64,000 bases of DNA, from the IMG/VR virus record IMGVR_UViG_3300048032_000927, positions 32,001 through 96,000 of that record. One strand, written 5' to 3'. This document shows, in pieces, positions 19,164 to 29,114 of the stretch. Numbering within the stretch: the stretch's first letter is position 1; each line of letters begins with the position of its first letter. Position numbers and translations under genes: made by a program. This DNA comes from a virus. The notes beneath the pieces were generated by a model. It had not been told where the DNA came from and ran no database searches. It saw nothing but the letters and a program-made list of their open reading frames with translations.

Positions 19164-19768
19164 ATGTCTCTACTTAGTTCTTTCTTGATTTTAGTTATAG
19201 CTTTATTGTGAATATTTATGCAGCCTTGTATGCTTAGGTCTAGGCTGTCTCCGATTTGTTTCCAAGGAGTCACTTTATTAGTCCCGGGATCCATGTATCT
19301 CATTTTGAATATTCTTGATATTCTTGGATCAGGATCTTTTGAGGCGATAGACATAACTTTGTCTAGGAATTCTTTGGTGATTGATTTTTCGTTTTCATTT
19401 TCTTCCTCAGGTATATCTTTCATCTCTGGCTTGTCTATCTCTATTTCCTTGGAGGATTTATTTTTTGTTTTATTATAAAGGTTTAAACACATCCATCTCG
19501 TTTCATTCCCCAAGTATGTTGAGAATTTAGTGTTTTTTGATTCATCGTATTTCAGAGCGGCTTGATAAATGTAATAATTTTTATCGGAAATAAGCTCTGA
19601 CTTGTAAGTCGGCGTTGAGCTGGTGACACTTGGCGTATAGTTATGAACCATGGTCATGTATATTCCGCTATGCCGCGAAACTAACTCCATCAGGCATTCA
19701 CCTGAATTGCTTTCTTGCCTTAAGCTATCAATAAGCTCTGCATCTGACATGTCTTCGATATTTTTCAT
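19160..19768 (-). CDS. Phage sigma-70 family RNA polymerase sigma factor
   Basis: Region 2 (AALKYDESKNTKFSTY) and region 4 HTH (WKQIGDSLDLSIQGCINIHNKAITKIK). Confidence 0.85.
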   Translation of the reverse strand: MKNIEDMSDAELIDSLRQESNSGECLMELVSRHSGIYMTMVHNYTPSVTSSTPTYKSELISDKNYYIYQAALKYDESKNTKFSTYLGNETRWMCLNLYNKTKNKSSKEIEIDKPEMKDIPEEENENEKSITKEFLDKVMSIASKDPDPRISRIFKMRYMDPGTNKVTPWKQIGDSLDLSIQGCINIHNKAITKIKKELSRDI

Positions 19769-19783
19769 AATTGAATTTTCTCC

Positions 19784-19813
19784 ATGTTAACATAACATCT
19801 ATAGTAATGTCAA
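19784..19813 (-). promoter_or_regulatory. Possible sigma70-type promoter for the sigma gene
   Basis: TTGACA-N18-TAACAT with extended TG, followed by GGAGA and ATG 19768. Confidence 0.5.
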
Positions 19814-19862
19814 CATTATTATTAGGTTTACGTGAGAATACATAAGATATACGTAAGATATA

Positions 19863-19884
19863 TCCTTAAACTAAAGTTTAAGGA
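19863..19884. repeat. Perfect 9-bp inverted repeat
   Basis: TCCTTAAAC-TAAA-GTTTAAGGA. Confidence 0.85.
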
Positions 19885-19889
19885 ATAAT

Positions 19890-19917
19890 ATTATAACAGA
19901 TTTTTAAAAAATGTCAA
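19890..19917 (-). promoter_or_regulatory. sigma70-type promoter
   Basis: TTGACA-N16-TATAAT with extended TG. Confidence 0.7.
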
Positions 19918-20783
19918 CAAAAAAATTTAAAATTATTCTCATAAGTGATTTTAACTGCGATCAAAGTCCCGGCGGGGCGCAAGTAAGCAACGACCTAATT
20001 ATACAAGAGGGCTTAAAAAGAGGGCACGATATTAGACTTCATAACTATGATAGCTCGCCAGTGAATTTCTTGAGCAGCTATGACATTGTGATTAGCTCCA
20101 ACCTGGAGGTTATATATCAGGCGAGTAAAAATATTTTTGATTTCATCATTGACCACCCAAATCATGTTAGACTAGAACACGATTCATGTCTTTATTTGTC
20201 AACAGATGATAGAGTTAAGCTGTTTGAATCATCTAAGTTGAACTTCTTTCTCTCACAATACCATCTTGATTTTTTTATTTCAATGTATGGCGATATTTTT
20301 GGAGAAACAAAAATCGTAAGTGACCCCATAGATACAGATCTGTTCAATAAAAATAAATCAATTGAAAAGACGTATGATATAATTTATTGCGGACTAATAC
20401 ATGAGCTTAAGGGAATTAACAAACTACTTGAGTTTTCAAATAAAAATCCCAACAGACAGATAGATGTTTTTGGTTGGGGTAGGGCAAATATAAAATCAAT
20501 TTTCGAAAATTATCCTAATATCAATTTTAACGGTAAAATCAAACACAGCGAGATGCCAAAAGTATTTCAATCCTGCCAATCGGTTTTTCACAGTCCTATA
20601 GTTAATGAGCCTTTCTGTAGAATGGTTGCCGAATCTATATTGTGCGGAGTTGAAAGTATTATAGGTTCTCCAGAAAGAATTGGATCATATCTTGAGTATA
20701 AAAGATTGGGGCTTGATAAATTTAGAGATAATTGCGCAAATGCTCTAACTAATTTTTGGGAATCGCTGGAGAGTATAACATGA
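19911..20783 (+). CDS. GT4 family glycosyltransferase
   Basis: PGGAQ, GLIHELKG, EPFCRMVAESILCG (EX7E). Confidence 0.8.
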   Translation: MSTKKFKIILISDFNCDQSPGGAQVSNDLIIQEGLKRGHDIRLHNYDSSPVNFLSSYDIVISSNLEVIYQASKNIFDFIIDHPNHVRLEHDSCLYLSTDDRVKLFESSKLNFFLSQYHLDFFISMYGDIFGETKIVSDPIDTDLFNKNKSIEKTYDIIYCGLIHELKGINKLLEFSNKNPNRQIDVFGWGRANIKSIFENYPNINFNGKIKHSEMPKVFQSCQSVFHSPIVNEPFCRMVAESILCGVESIIGSPERIGSYLEYKRLGLDKFRDNCANALTNFWESLESIT

Positions 20784-21463
20784 TTACGGTTATATGTTCG
20801 GTCTATAACTCGGAAGAGTACCTGCCTAAATACTTAACTTATGTTAACGAACAATTTCTTAAGTGTTTTGAAATTATTTTTGTAGATGCAAACTCTAACG
20901 ATAGATCTTTACAATTGATTGAAGATTTTAAATTCAGAGATAACATATCAGTGAAGGTAATTAAAGAAAAATCAAGAGTTACAATATACGAAGCATGGAA
21001 CATAGCCATCAAAAATGCTTCGGGCGAATATATTGTCAATTGGAATACAGATGACATACTTTTCCAGTCTTCACTCCAAACATACAAATCGTATACAGAA
21101 AAACATCCAGACATAGATTTATTTTACGGACCGTGTTTTCTCTGCAAGTCTCAAGAAATCTCATCAATATTTAACATATACAATTGGCCTGAATATAGTC
21201 ACCGAACCCTACTTCAAAGATGCATTTGCGGTCCCTTTCCATTGGTCAGAAAATCTGCTATCGAGGACGTGAATTATTTTAGTGAAAAATATGTATCAAG
21301 CGGAGACTATGAAATGTGGCTTAAATTATCGAAAAACAATTATAAGTTTCAAAAAATACCCGAAACAATAGGGTGCTTTATGGATCGGCCTAATTCTGTC
21401 TCTCAGCAAAAAATACAGTTGGCGCAACAAGAAGATCGAGAAATACAAAATAAATATGCCTAG
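20780..21463 (+). CDS. GT2 family glycosyltransferase
   Basis: ITVICSVYN, EIIFVDANSND, AWN.AI...GEY...NTDD, SGDYEMWL. Confidence 0.88.
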   Translation: MITVICSVYNSEEYLPKYLTYVNEQFLKCFEIIFVDANSNDRSLQLIEDFKFRDNISVKVIKEKSRVTIYEAWNIAIKNASGEYIVNWNTDDILFQSSLQTYKSYTEKHPDIDLFYGPCFLCKSQEISSIFNIYNWPEYSHRTLLQRCICGPFPLVRKSAIEDVNYFSEKYVSSGDYEMWLKLSKNNYKFQKIPETIGCFMDRPNSVSQQKIQLAQQEDREIQNKYA

Positions 21464-22172
21464 ACCATTCGAAGCCTGCAATTATATTGATATAAATGGA
21501 ATTGACTACATGTATCTCAATGACGATTCCCCAGATCTCGCTTATCAATCAAGCGAAATAAGTTTTGTAGCACAACCGATAGCCGATAAAATCACAAACA
21601 AGCGTCATAATGTAATAACCGTCCCCCTTATGATGACGGATGAATGGGAGATAATAAAAGAAAACCCTGCGTTAATACCAAAACTTAGATCAAATAAAAA
21701 AATACACACATTTAATTTTGTCGGTCAGTGCAATTATATGGGTAGGCACATATTTAAATCACTAAATTTATCTAATTACGATTTCGAGGAAACACAAACA
21801 GTCTACAACCTCAAAAAACCAGAAAAAAAACAAAAATTAATCCACTTCCTAAATCGAATATCAGAATCTAAGTTCGTATTTTGCCCAAGAGGAATTGGAT
21901 CCAGTTCTTTTCGAGCATACCAATCGATGATGTCTGGGTCTATTCCGATCATAACAGGAATGAATGATTATCCATTTGAAGATGAAGTAGACTGGGATGA
22001 AATATCAATCAGAGGTAGCTTGGAAAATATTAAATTATTAATTGATACTGCTTTAAATATGCAAGATTTTGAATACAATAAAATGAAGAAAAAATGCACT
22101 TGGTTTTGGGACAATTACTGCAAGCACGATATGTTATATAATTTTTTAGCGCAAAAAGTAAATGAGCAATAG
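21456..22172 (+). CDS. Exostosin (GT47)-like glycosyltransferase
   Basis: SKFVFCPRGIGSSSFR...GSIPII...PFEDEVDW. Confidence 0.82.
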   Translation: MPRPFEACNYIDINGIDYMYLNDDSPDLAYQSSEISFVAQPIADKITNKRHNVITVPLMMTDEWEIIKENPALIPKLRSNKKIHTFNFVGQCNYMGRHIFKSLNLSNYDFEETQTVYNLKKPEKKQKLIHFLNRISESKFVFCPRGIGSSSFRAYQSMMSGSIPIITGMNDYPFEDEVDWDEISIRGSLENIKLLIDTALNMQDFEYNKMKKKCTWFWDNYCKHDMLYNFLAQKVNEQ

Positions 22173-22950
22173 CTTAATAATTAATGGTTCTCGCGCTGGA
22201 TTCTTTTCTATGTTTAGAGGTACAGTGGGTACACTATTAATATGCGAACAACAAGCATTAACACCATTCATTGATTGGAAAAATACTCTATATAACGATA
22301 GCCCAAACGATAATGCATGGGAATATTATTTTGAAAATATATCTGATCTTGATCCTGAAAATTATACTACAGCAAGATGTCACAACATTCTCCCAAGAGA
22401 ATACAACACTAGACTAACCATGAACAGGTTAATAAATAAATATGTCAAAATCAAGTCTGATATAAATAAAAAAATCGAAATTATAGTCAAAGAATTAGGA
22501 AAAAATCCGCTTGGTGTTCATATAAGGATGACTGATAAAATAAACTGCACTTCTCATGGCGAGCCTGAAAGCGGAAAACCAATTTCAATTGATTTATACA
22601 AAAAGCATATTGATAAAAATTTACAAGAACATGGCTCTAAATTTTTTCTAGCAACTGACGATGAGTCTGCGGCTGAAGAAATTAAAACTGAATATGGCGA
22701 AAATGTCATAACCACTAATTCAATTAGATCAACAGGCACAAAAAGCATTCACCATCACTTGGCTGGAAATAACAGAATAAAGGGTGAGCAAGTTTTAATT
22801 GACTGCCTTGTATTAAGTAGATGCAAACATATCATTAAAGGTATTAGTAATGTTGCTTTATGCGCCATGTTCTGGAATCTAGACTTGACATGCGATAATC
22901 TCAATTCTATATACAACGGCGACTCGAGAGAAGATTTTGTGCATGAATAA
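22162..22950 (+). CDS. GT23/NodZ-like fucosyltransferase
   Basis: AGFFS, LGVHIRMTDK, FLATDD, DCLVLSRC...SNV. Confidence 0.78.
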   Translation: MSNSLIINGSRAGFFSMFRGTVGTLLICEQQALTPFIDWKNTLYNDSPNDNAWEYYFENISDLDPENYTTARCHNILPREYNTRLTMNRLINKYVKIKSDINKKIEIIVKELGKNPLGVHIRMTDKINCTSHGEPESGKPISIDLYKKHIDKNLQEHGSKFFLATDDESAAEEIKTEYGENVITTNSIRSTGTKSIHHHLAGNNRIKGEQVLIDCLVLSRCKHIIKGISNVALCAMFWNLDLTCDNLNSIYNGDSREDFVHE

Positions 22951-23794
22951 GATTAGTAGTGAGCCGTTTTTGAGTGGATATACTTATCGTTCACTAGCAA
23001 GTCAGGCAATATGTGACAATGGCGATACTCGTTACATGAAATCTACATGTAATGGTATAAATCCTAATGAAGTTATTGAAAACGAACTCTTATATGTAAC
23101 CGGAAATCAAACCAAAAGATTTTTTATAGAAATCGCGCCAAAAATTAAAAACAAGTTTTCGGTTATCACAGCTCAAACGGACCCAGGGGTTGATGCTTCT
23201 TATGTCAAATTACTCCCAGATAATTTAGTTACTTGGTGGTCAATTAATGTTCACGTAGATCACTCAAAAATTAAACCAATTCCACTAGGCTTACAAAATT
23301 TGCACTGGCGGTATAATGGAAATATTCAAAGTGACCCAGAAACTTATAAGAAATACCAACCTAACCCTAAAGAAAAAAAAATACTAGGCTCCTTTTCGGT
23401 TCAGAACAACCATCATGAAAGAAGTACATGTTTAAACGCAGCAAAAAAAATCAACTGTGACTTCAGAATGTTCAAATCCGAAGATAGAAAAAATGAAAGT
23501 TACGTTGATGATTATTTTAATACAGTGTCAAGATATAAATTTGTGCTGTGTCCTTGGGGTGCAGGAATTGACACCCATAGATTATGGGAAACCTTGTATT
23601 TAGGTTCAATACCCATCACCAGACGTCACAGAGTTTATCGTGATTTTGAGGATTTTCCTATATTATTTCTGGACGATTGGCTAGAACTTATTGAAATAGA
23701 TTTTGAATCAACGTACAATTACTACAAAGAGAAATTACAAACAGAAAATAGAATTTATTTTGAATACTGGAATAATAAAATTATTTCAACATAA
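22943..23794 (+). CDS. Exostosin (GT47)-like glycosyltransferase
   Basis: PIPLGL, YKFVLCPWGAGIDTHRLWETLYLGSIPI. Confidence 0.8.
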   Translation: MNKISSEPFLSGYTYRSLASQAICDNGDTRYMKSTCNGINPNEVIENELLYVTGNQTKRFFIEIAPKIKNKFSVITAQTDPGVDASYVKLLPDNLVTWWSINVHVDHSKIKPIPLGLQNLHWRYNGNIQSDPETYKKYQPNPKEKKILGSFSVQNNHHERSTCLNAAKKINCDFRMFKSEDRKNESYVDDYFNTVSRYKFVLCPWGAGIDTHRLWETLYLGSIPITRRHRVYRDFEDFPILFLDDWLELIEIDFESTYNYYKEKLQTENRIYFEYWNNKIIST

Positions 23795-23837
23795 AGAAGA
23801 GAAGGCTTCTGTTAATTAGTGAATATAATTATATGAT

Positions 23838-24518
23838 ATGAAAATAGGGTTTGTAGTTACAACACATTATAGTGATATTTGTCCAACTGGTATGGATAGT
23901 ATTATTACTTACATAGATAGTTTCGTAAAGATAAGGAAGAATAATTATTTTCTCTACGTGATAGATAATACATCTGTAAAAAAAATAACACACCCTGAAA
24001 TGGAATTTTCTTGGTTTAATTATGAATATATTGAAGATCAAAAAATAAGTGGCTTAACAGGTGCTTGGAACAAAGGGATTAAAAAAGCAATTGATGACAG
24101 TTGTGATATTATTTTAAATACTAATAACGATTTAATTTTAAATGAATCAACACATTCGTTAATTGAGATAATATCAACGCATGAGCATTCTGATAAATCC
24201 TTATACGGTCCAGTTACAACTAGAGATGGTGTTTCTACTGATCATCAAGCTAGAAACGGTGTTGGTGATAGACTTATTGAAACATCAGATCATTACGCAT
24301 TAAACGGATTTTTTAATGCTTTTACAAAAGAATTTTTTAATAATTTTAATATAGAGGGTAATCTCTACAGTACCGATATAAAAGAAATGTGGTGTGGTCA
24401 AGAAGTGGAATTATATAACAGAGGTAAAACAAATGGTATGAAAAGTTTCATTGTAGAACATTGTTTTGTAGAACATATTAAACATAGGTCTTGGATATCA
24501 GCAAAAAATAAATTATAA
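23838..24518 (+). CDS. GT2-like glycosyltransferase
   Basis: VIDNTS, AWNKGI, NTNND, FVEH. Confidence 0.7.
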   Translation: MKIGFVVTTHYSDICPTGMDSIITYIDSFVKIRKNNYFLYVIDNTSVKKITHPEMEFSWFNYEYIEDQKISGLTGAWNKGIKKAIDDSCDIILNTNNDLILNESTHSLIEIISTHEHSDKSLYGPVTTRDGVSTDHQARNGVGDRLIETSDHYALNGFFNAFTKEFFNNFNIEGNLYSTDIKEMWCGQEVELYNRGKTNGMKSFIVEHCFVEHIKHRSWISAKNKL

Positions 24519-25513
24519 TGAAAAATATATTAATAACAGGAGTTGCTGGTTTAATAGGCAGTAGGTTAGCAGATTGGATAATAGATAATACTGACTATAA
24601 TGTAATTGGTGTCGATAATCTGAGTGGAGGTTACGTTGATAATGTACATGAGGGTGTTAAGTTCTATCAGATGGATGTGAAAGATTCGGCGATTGGAGAT
24701 ATTTTTAAAGAATATAAACCTATATATGTTTTCCACTTTGCAGCATATGCTGCAGAAGGTTTAAGTCCATTCATTAGATGTTTTAATTATGAAAATAATT
24801 TAGTAGCAACTACAAATATCGTCAATAATTGTATTAATTATGATACTAAAAGATTGATATTTACATCTACTATGGCAGTATACGGTAAAGGAAATCCACC
24901 GTTTAATGAATCTGATCAACCAAATCCAATAGACCCATACGGTGTTGCTAAATTTGCTTGTGAATCAGATATACAAATCGCTGGTGAACAACATGGGTTA
25001 GACTGGTGCATTATTCGACCACATAATGTTTATGGTATTAAACAAAACATATGGGATAAATATAGAAATGTTTTAGGAATATGGATGTACCAGCACATGA
25101 ATGATATTAGTATGACTATCTTTGGGGACGGTGAACAAAAACGAGCGTTTAGTTTTATCGATGATTGTTTAGAACCTTTATGGAAATCAGCAGTTAAGAA
25201 AGAAGCTAGTAAAGAAATTATAAATTTAGGTTCTAGTAAATTCTATACCATTAACGAAGCCAATAGAATCTTAAAGAGCGTGATTGGTGGTGGTAGTACT
25301 AAATATGAGAAAAAAAGACATGAAGTAAAAAATGCGCACCCAACATGGGAAAAATCAATGAGGATATTAGATTATCGAGACAAGATTTCGTTAAAAGATG
25401 GTTTAAATCTTATGTGGGAATGGGCGAAATCTCAACCGGATAGAGAAAGATTTGTTTGGAATAAATACGAAATAGAAAGAGGTATCTACGATTTTTGGAA
25501 AATAAAAAAATAA
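24518..25513 (+). CDS. NAD-dependent nucleotide-sugar epimerase/dehydratase
   Basis: TGVAGLIG, YGVAK (YxxxK), RPHNVYG. Confidence 0.9.
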   Translation: MKNILITGVAGLIGSRLADWIIDNTDYNVIGVDNLSGGYVDNVHEGVKFYQMDVKDSAIGDIFKEYKPIYVFHFAAYAAEGLSPFIRCFNYENNLVATTNIVNNCINYDTKRLIFTSTMAVYGKGNPPFNESDQPNPIDPYGVAKFACESDIQIAGEQHGLDWCIIRPHNVYGIKQNIWDKYRNVLGIWMYQHMNDISMTIFGDGEQKRAFSFIDDCLEPLWKSAVKKEASKEIINLGSSKFYTINEANRILKSVIGGGSTKYEKKRHEVKNAHPTWEKSMRILDYRDKISLKDGLNLMWEWAKSQPDRERFVWNKYEIERGIYDFWKIKK

Positions 25514-25530
25514 AACAAAGTTTAAAAATT

Positions 25531-26130
25531 ATGGAAAGAAGTGATATAATAAACAAGTATGTTGAAAATTATGGTTATGAGACATATTTAGAGGTTGGAT
25601 TACAAAGTGGTAGTAATAGAGATAAGATCAAAGTTAACCCTAAAAATAAAACCACTGTTGACCCTGATATTACATCTAATAACCCTACACACAGAATGAC
25701 ATCAGATGAGTTTTTTATGGGTAATAATAAAACATTTGATGCAATTTTTATTGATGGGTTACATTATTCCGATCAGGTATTAAGAGATATTTTAAATGGG
25801 TTAGAGATTCTTAATGAAGGGGGTACAATTTTTTGTCATGATATGTTACCTGAGAATGAAGATATGGCTAAAGTACCTAGAATTACAAGTACATGGACAG
25901 GTGACTGTTGGAAGGCTTGGTTTAAATTATTAGGTACTAGGGATGATTTAGAGATGTTCATTGTTGATACTGATTTAGGTGTTGGTGTTATAAGAAGAGG
26001 TAAAAATATACCTTTAAAAGAATTAAATATACCTATGGAGAATATGCAGTGGAGTCTATTCGCTGAACACTCAATAAAAAATACTATCAATAAAATTAGT
26101 ACTTCTGAATTTATTGAAAAATGGAAATGA
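25531..26130 (+). CDS. Class I SAM-dependent methyltransferase (Methyltransf_24-like)
   Basis: YLEVG, VDP, FDAIFIDGLH, GG.I.CHD. Start reassigned to ATG 25531. Confidence 0.82.
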   Translation: MERSDIINKYVENYGYETYLEVGLQSGSNRDKIKVNPKNKTTVDPDITSNNPTHRMTSDEFFMGNNKTFDAIFIDGLHYSDQVLRDILNGLEILNEGGTIFCHDMLPENEDMAKVPRITSTWTGDCWKAWFKLLGTRDDLEMFIVDTDLGVGVIRRGKNIPLKELNIPMENMQWSLFAEHSIKNTINKISTSEFIEKWK

Positions 26131-26828
26131 AACTAATAACAATATTCAATTTTCCCAATCAAAATAATTACAACAATCTTTGTCAATGGTGGATTAGTCA
26201 ATGCCTAAAAAATTCGGAATTAGATATTGAAATTTGGTATAGAGACAGCATTGATCACCTTAAAATTTTAGATAAAAGAATCAGGTGCATTAAAAAAGAT
26301 GAAGTCAAAATATCTAGTCTATTAAAATCAAACTTAATCTCAGATAAAGCTCAACATAATATTGGATTCAAGCTTTACAATCTTTGTCAAGAGTCCGATC
26401 CCTTTATATTTATAGACGCCGACGCTATTTTATTTAAAGATATTACCCCATTAATCAACGCCTCTAAAGATAAGCCTTTTATAGCTATAAACCACCAAGA
26501 TATACCCGGACACACTTCTCATATACCTTATAAGTTCTTAAATAGCGGGGTCCAGATTTGCAGTGACTCCAGTGTATTAGATTTTAATGAAATTGTTAAA
26601 GCCCAAAATCTTCATGATTATTTTATTGTTCCCGGCACGGATCAATCAATGCTTTGGACGTACTTTAACCATATTAAATATAATTATACGCACAAAGATA
26701 TTGGTCGCGAATGGAATAACTGCGCAGGATTAAAGAGTGGCGAAAGTGACATTTGCATAAACCATTATTGGTACAACTTTAAACCATGGAATATTAAATG
26801 TAAATTCTGGGAATCTTTTTTATCATAG
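26121..26828 (+). CDS. GT-A fold glycosyltransferase (GT8-like)
   Basis: FIDAD, LNSGV, GTDQ, WN. Confidence 0.7.
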   Translation: MEMKLITIFNFPNQNNYNNLCQWWISQCLKNSELDIEIWYRDSIDHLKILDKRIRCIKKDEVKISSLLKSNLISDKAQHNIGFKLYNLCQESDPFIFIDADAILFKDITPLINASKDKPFIAINHQDIPGHTSHIPYKFLNSGVQICSDSSVLDFNEIVKAQNLHDYFIVPGTDQSMLWTYFNHIKYNYTHKDIGREWNNCAGLKSGESDICINHYWYNFKPWNIKCKFWESFLS

Positions 26829-26833
26829 CATAA

Positions 26834-27865
26834 ATGAAAAAAATAATTATTACAGGAGTCACAGGTCAGGACGGCAGTCATATGGCTGACTATTTATTAA
26901 AAAATACTAATTTTAAAATCTACGGAGCAGTTCGTCGTCTTAGTGTTAAGAATCACGAGAACATTTTACATTTAGAAAATGAGCCGCGCTTTGAGTTAAT
27001 AAATATGGACCTTAACGACGCTCATAGCATGAGAGATGTCATCATAGATCTTCAGCCTGATTATTTTATTAATTTCGCCGCCCAATCTTTTGTTGCCGGT
27101 AGCTGGGATTACCCAATCCAAACATGGGACACCGATGCAGATGCAGTTCTGCATATACTAGAATCAATCAGAAGATTTTCGCCAGCTTGTCGTTTTTATA
27201 ATGCAGGATCCTCCGAAGAATTTGGCGATGTTATTTATAGCCCCCAAAATGAAGAGCATCCATTACGACCACAATCTCCTTATGGCGCAGCAAAATGCGC
27301 GGCTCGTCATATTGTGAGGGTCTACAGAGAATCTTACGGTTTGTTTGCGATTCAAGGTTGGCTATTTAATCACGAGGGCACAAGAAGAGGTCTCGATTTT
27401 GTTACAAGGAAAATCAGCAACGGTGTCGCAAAAATTAAACATGCAATTGAAAGCGGTCAAGAAATTCCTACCCTGCAGCTCGGCAATATTGACGCTCAAC
27501 GAGATTGGACTGACGCAGAAGATTTTATGGAAGGAGTTTGGATGATGCTGAACAGAGACAAGCCCAAAAACTATGTTCTCGCTAGCGGCAAGATGTATAC
27601 TGTTCGTGAGTTTTTGAATGAAAGTTTAAAATGTGCTGATATTAAATTTATAGCAAAAGGCTCCGAAGAAAACGAAGAATATTATACCGAAGACGGCAAA
27701 CTAATCTTTAAGGTTAATTCAAAATTTTATAGGCCCGCTGAAGTTCATGAGCTTTGCGGAGATTGCTCTCTGGCAGAGCAGGAGATGGGCTGGACTCGTA
27801 AAACTGACTTCTACGGTTTGGTTAAAAAAATGTACGATAACGATTACAAGCTTCTCTCAAAGTGA
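26834..27865 (+). CDS. gmd: GDP-mannose 4,6-dehydratase
   Basis: TGVTGQDGS, AAQSFV, SPYGAAK, LFNHE..RR..FVTRKI, LGNIDAQRDW, YRPAEV. Confidence 0.96.
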   Translation: MKKIIITGVTGQDGSHMADYLLKNTNFKIYGAVRRLSVKNHENILHLENEPRFELINMDLNDAHSMRDVIIDLQPDYFINFAAQSFVAGSWDYPIQTWDTDADAVLHILESIRRFSPACRFYNAGSSEEFGDVIYSPQNEEHPLRPQSPYGAAKCAARHIVRVYRESYGLFAIQGWLFNHEGTRRGLDFVTRKISNGVAKIKHAIESGQEIPTLQLGNIDAQRDWTDAEDFMEGVWMMLNRDKPKNYVLASGKMYTVREFLNESLKCADIKFIAKGSEENEEYYTEDGKLIFKVNSKFYRPAEVHELCGDCSLAEQEMGWTRKTDFYGLVKKMYDNDYKLLSK

Positions 27866-28806
27866 AAGAAAGTAAAGTCTTTGTGGCCGGCCATAGAGGA
27901 ATGGTCGGCTCTGCAGTATTAGATAATCTAAAATCAAAAGGCTACAATAACATAGTAACAAAGACTAGAAATGAAGTAGATTTAACTAGTCAGCAAGATG
28001 TTGATGAATTATTTGGTAATGAAAGCATCGATTATGTTATTTTATGTGCTGCTAAAGTTGGTGGTATATTAGCTAACAATACTTACAGGGGCGATTTCAT
28101 ATATGAAAATTTACAAATAGCCTCAAACATTATCAAGTCATCGCAAGTTCATGGTGTATCAAAATTAATCAACCTTGGATCTTCATGCATTTACCCAAGA
28201 GATGCAAAAATACCCATTAAGGAAGAATCGCTACTTACTGGTATACTAGAAAAAACAAATGAGCCTTACGCTATCGCTAAAATAGCGGCGCTTAAAATGT
28301 GCGAAGCATTCAATACTCAATACGGTAGTAATTTTTATTCACTTATGCCGTGCAATCTTTACGGTCCCCGAGATAATTTTGACCTTAAAACATCCCATGT
28401 TCTTCCGGCGTTTATTAATAAAGTTCATGCCGCAAAACTTTCGGGGCAAAAAGAAATAGAGGTCTGGGGTAGTGGCAAACCGTTAAGAGAATTTCTTTAC
28501 GTAGATGATTTAGCTAGCGCAGTAATATATTGCTTAGAGAATATTGAAGCTAAAGATATATACGAGCAAGGAATATCTCACATTAACTGTGGGTCTGAAG
28601 ACGAGGTTTCGATTTCTGAACTCATGTATATCATACAAGACGCCGTTAATTATAACGGTAAGATTGTCTTTGATAAAACGAAACCCGACGGAACCTTTCG
28701 GAAGAAAATGGATAACACAAGAATACAAAACCTAGGGTATAAAAATACTACATCATTAGCAGATGGAATAAAAAAAACATATTCTTGGTTTAAAAATAAT
28801 TTTTAA
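27862..28806 (+). CDS. fcl: GDP-L-fucose synthase
   Basis: AGHRGMVGSA, AAKVGGI.AN, GSSCIYP, YAIAK, SHVLP, WGSGKPLREFL. Confidence 0.96.
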   Translation: MKESKVFVAGHRGMVGSAVLDNLKSKGYNNIVTKTRNEVDLTSQQDVDELFGNESIDYVILCAAKVGGILANNTYRGDFIYENLQIASNIIKSSQVHGVSKLINLGSSCIYPRDAKIPIKEESLLTGILEKTNEPYAIAKIAALKMCEAFNTQYGSNFYSLMPCNLYGPRDNFDLKTSHVLPAFINKVHAAKLSGQKEIEVWGSGKPLREFLYVDDLASAVIYCLENIEAKDIYEQGISHINCGSEDEVSISELMYIIQDAVNYNGKIVFDKTKPDGTFRKKMDNTRIQNLGYKNTTSLADGIKKTYSWFKNNF

Positions 28807-28826
28807 CAATTATAATCTAATTAATC

Positions 28827-29084
28827 ATGGCTACTAAAAGTAAAAAGCAAGAAAAAGCAGAAGCGACTGACGCTGAAGTTCAAAACGAAAACGCCGGAAA
28901 AACTTCTATAGTTTTTGACGATAAAGAATACTTCCTTGAAGATATGACTCAAGAGCAGCAAGCTATCATCAGTCATATTAGCGACCTAGAAGGAAAGATT
29001 CAAAAGGCGCAATTCGACTTAAATCAGCATAACGTTGGTAAACAAGCGTTTGTTGACATGCTAAAAAAAGCTCTAGAAGCTTAA
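28827..29084 (+). CDS. Small coiled-coil phage protein
   Basis: 85 aa; heptad pattern ISHISDLEGKIQKAQFDLNQ. Confidence 0.6.
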   Translation: MATKSKKQEKAEATDAEVQNENAGKTSIVFDDKEYFLEDMTQEQQAIISHISDLEGKIQKAQFDLNQHNVGKQAFVDMLKKALEA

Positions 29085-29100
29085 TTTTGTCTTTTTTTAC

Positions 29101-29106
29101 GTGTAT
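29101..29106 (+). promoter_or_regulatory. GTGTAT motif, putative phage promoter
   Basis: Begins 14 nt before ATG 29115. Confidence 0.55.
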
Positions 29107-29114
29107 AATTCTGT

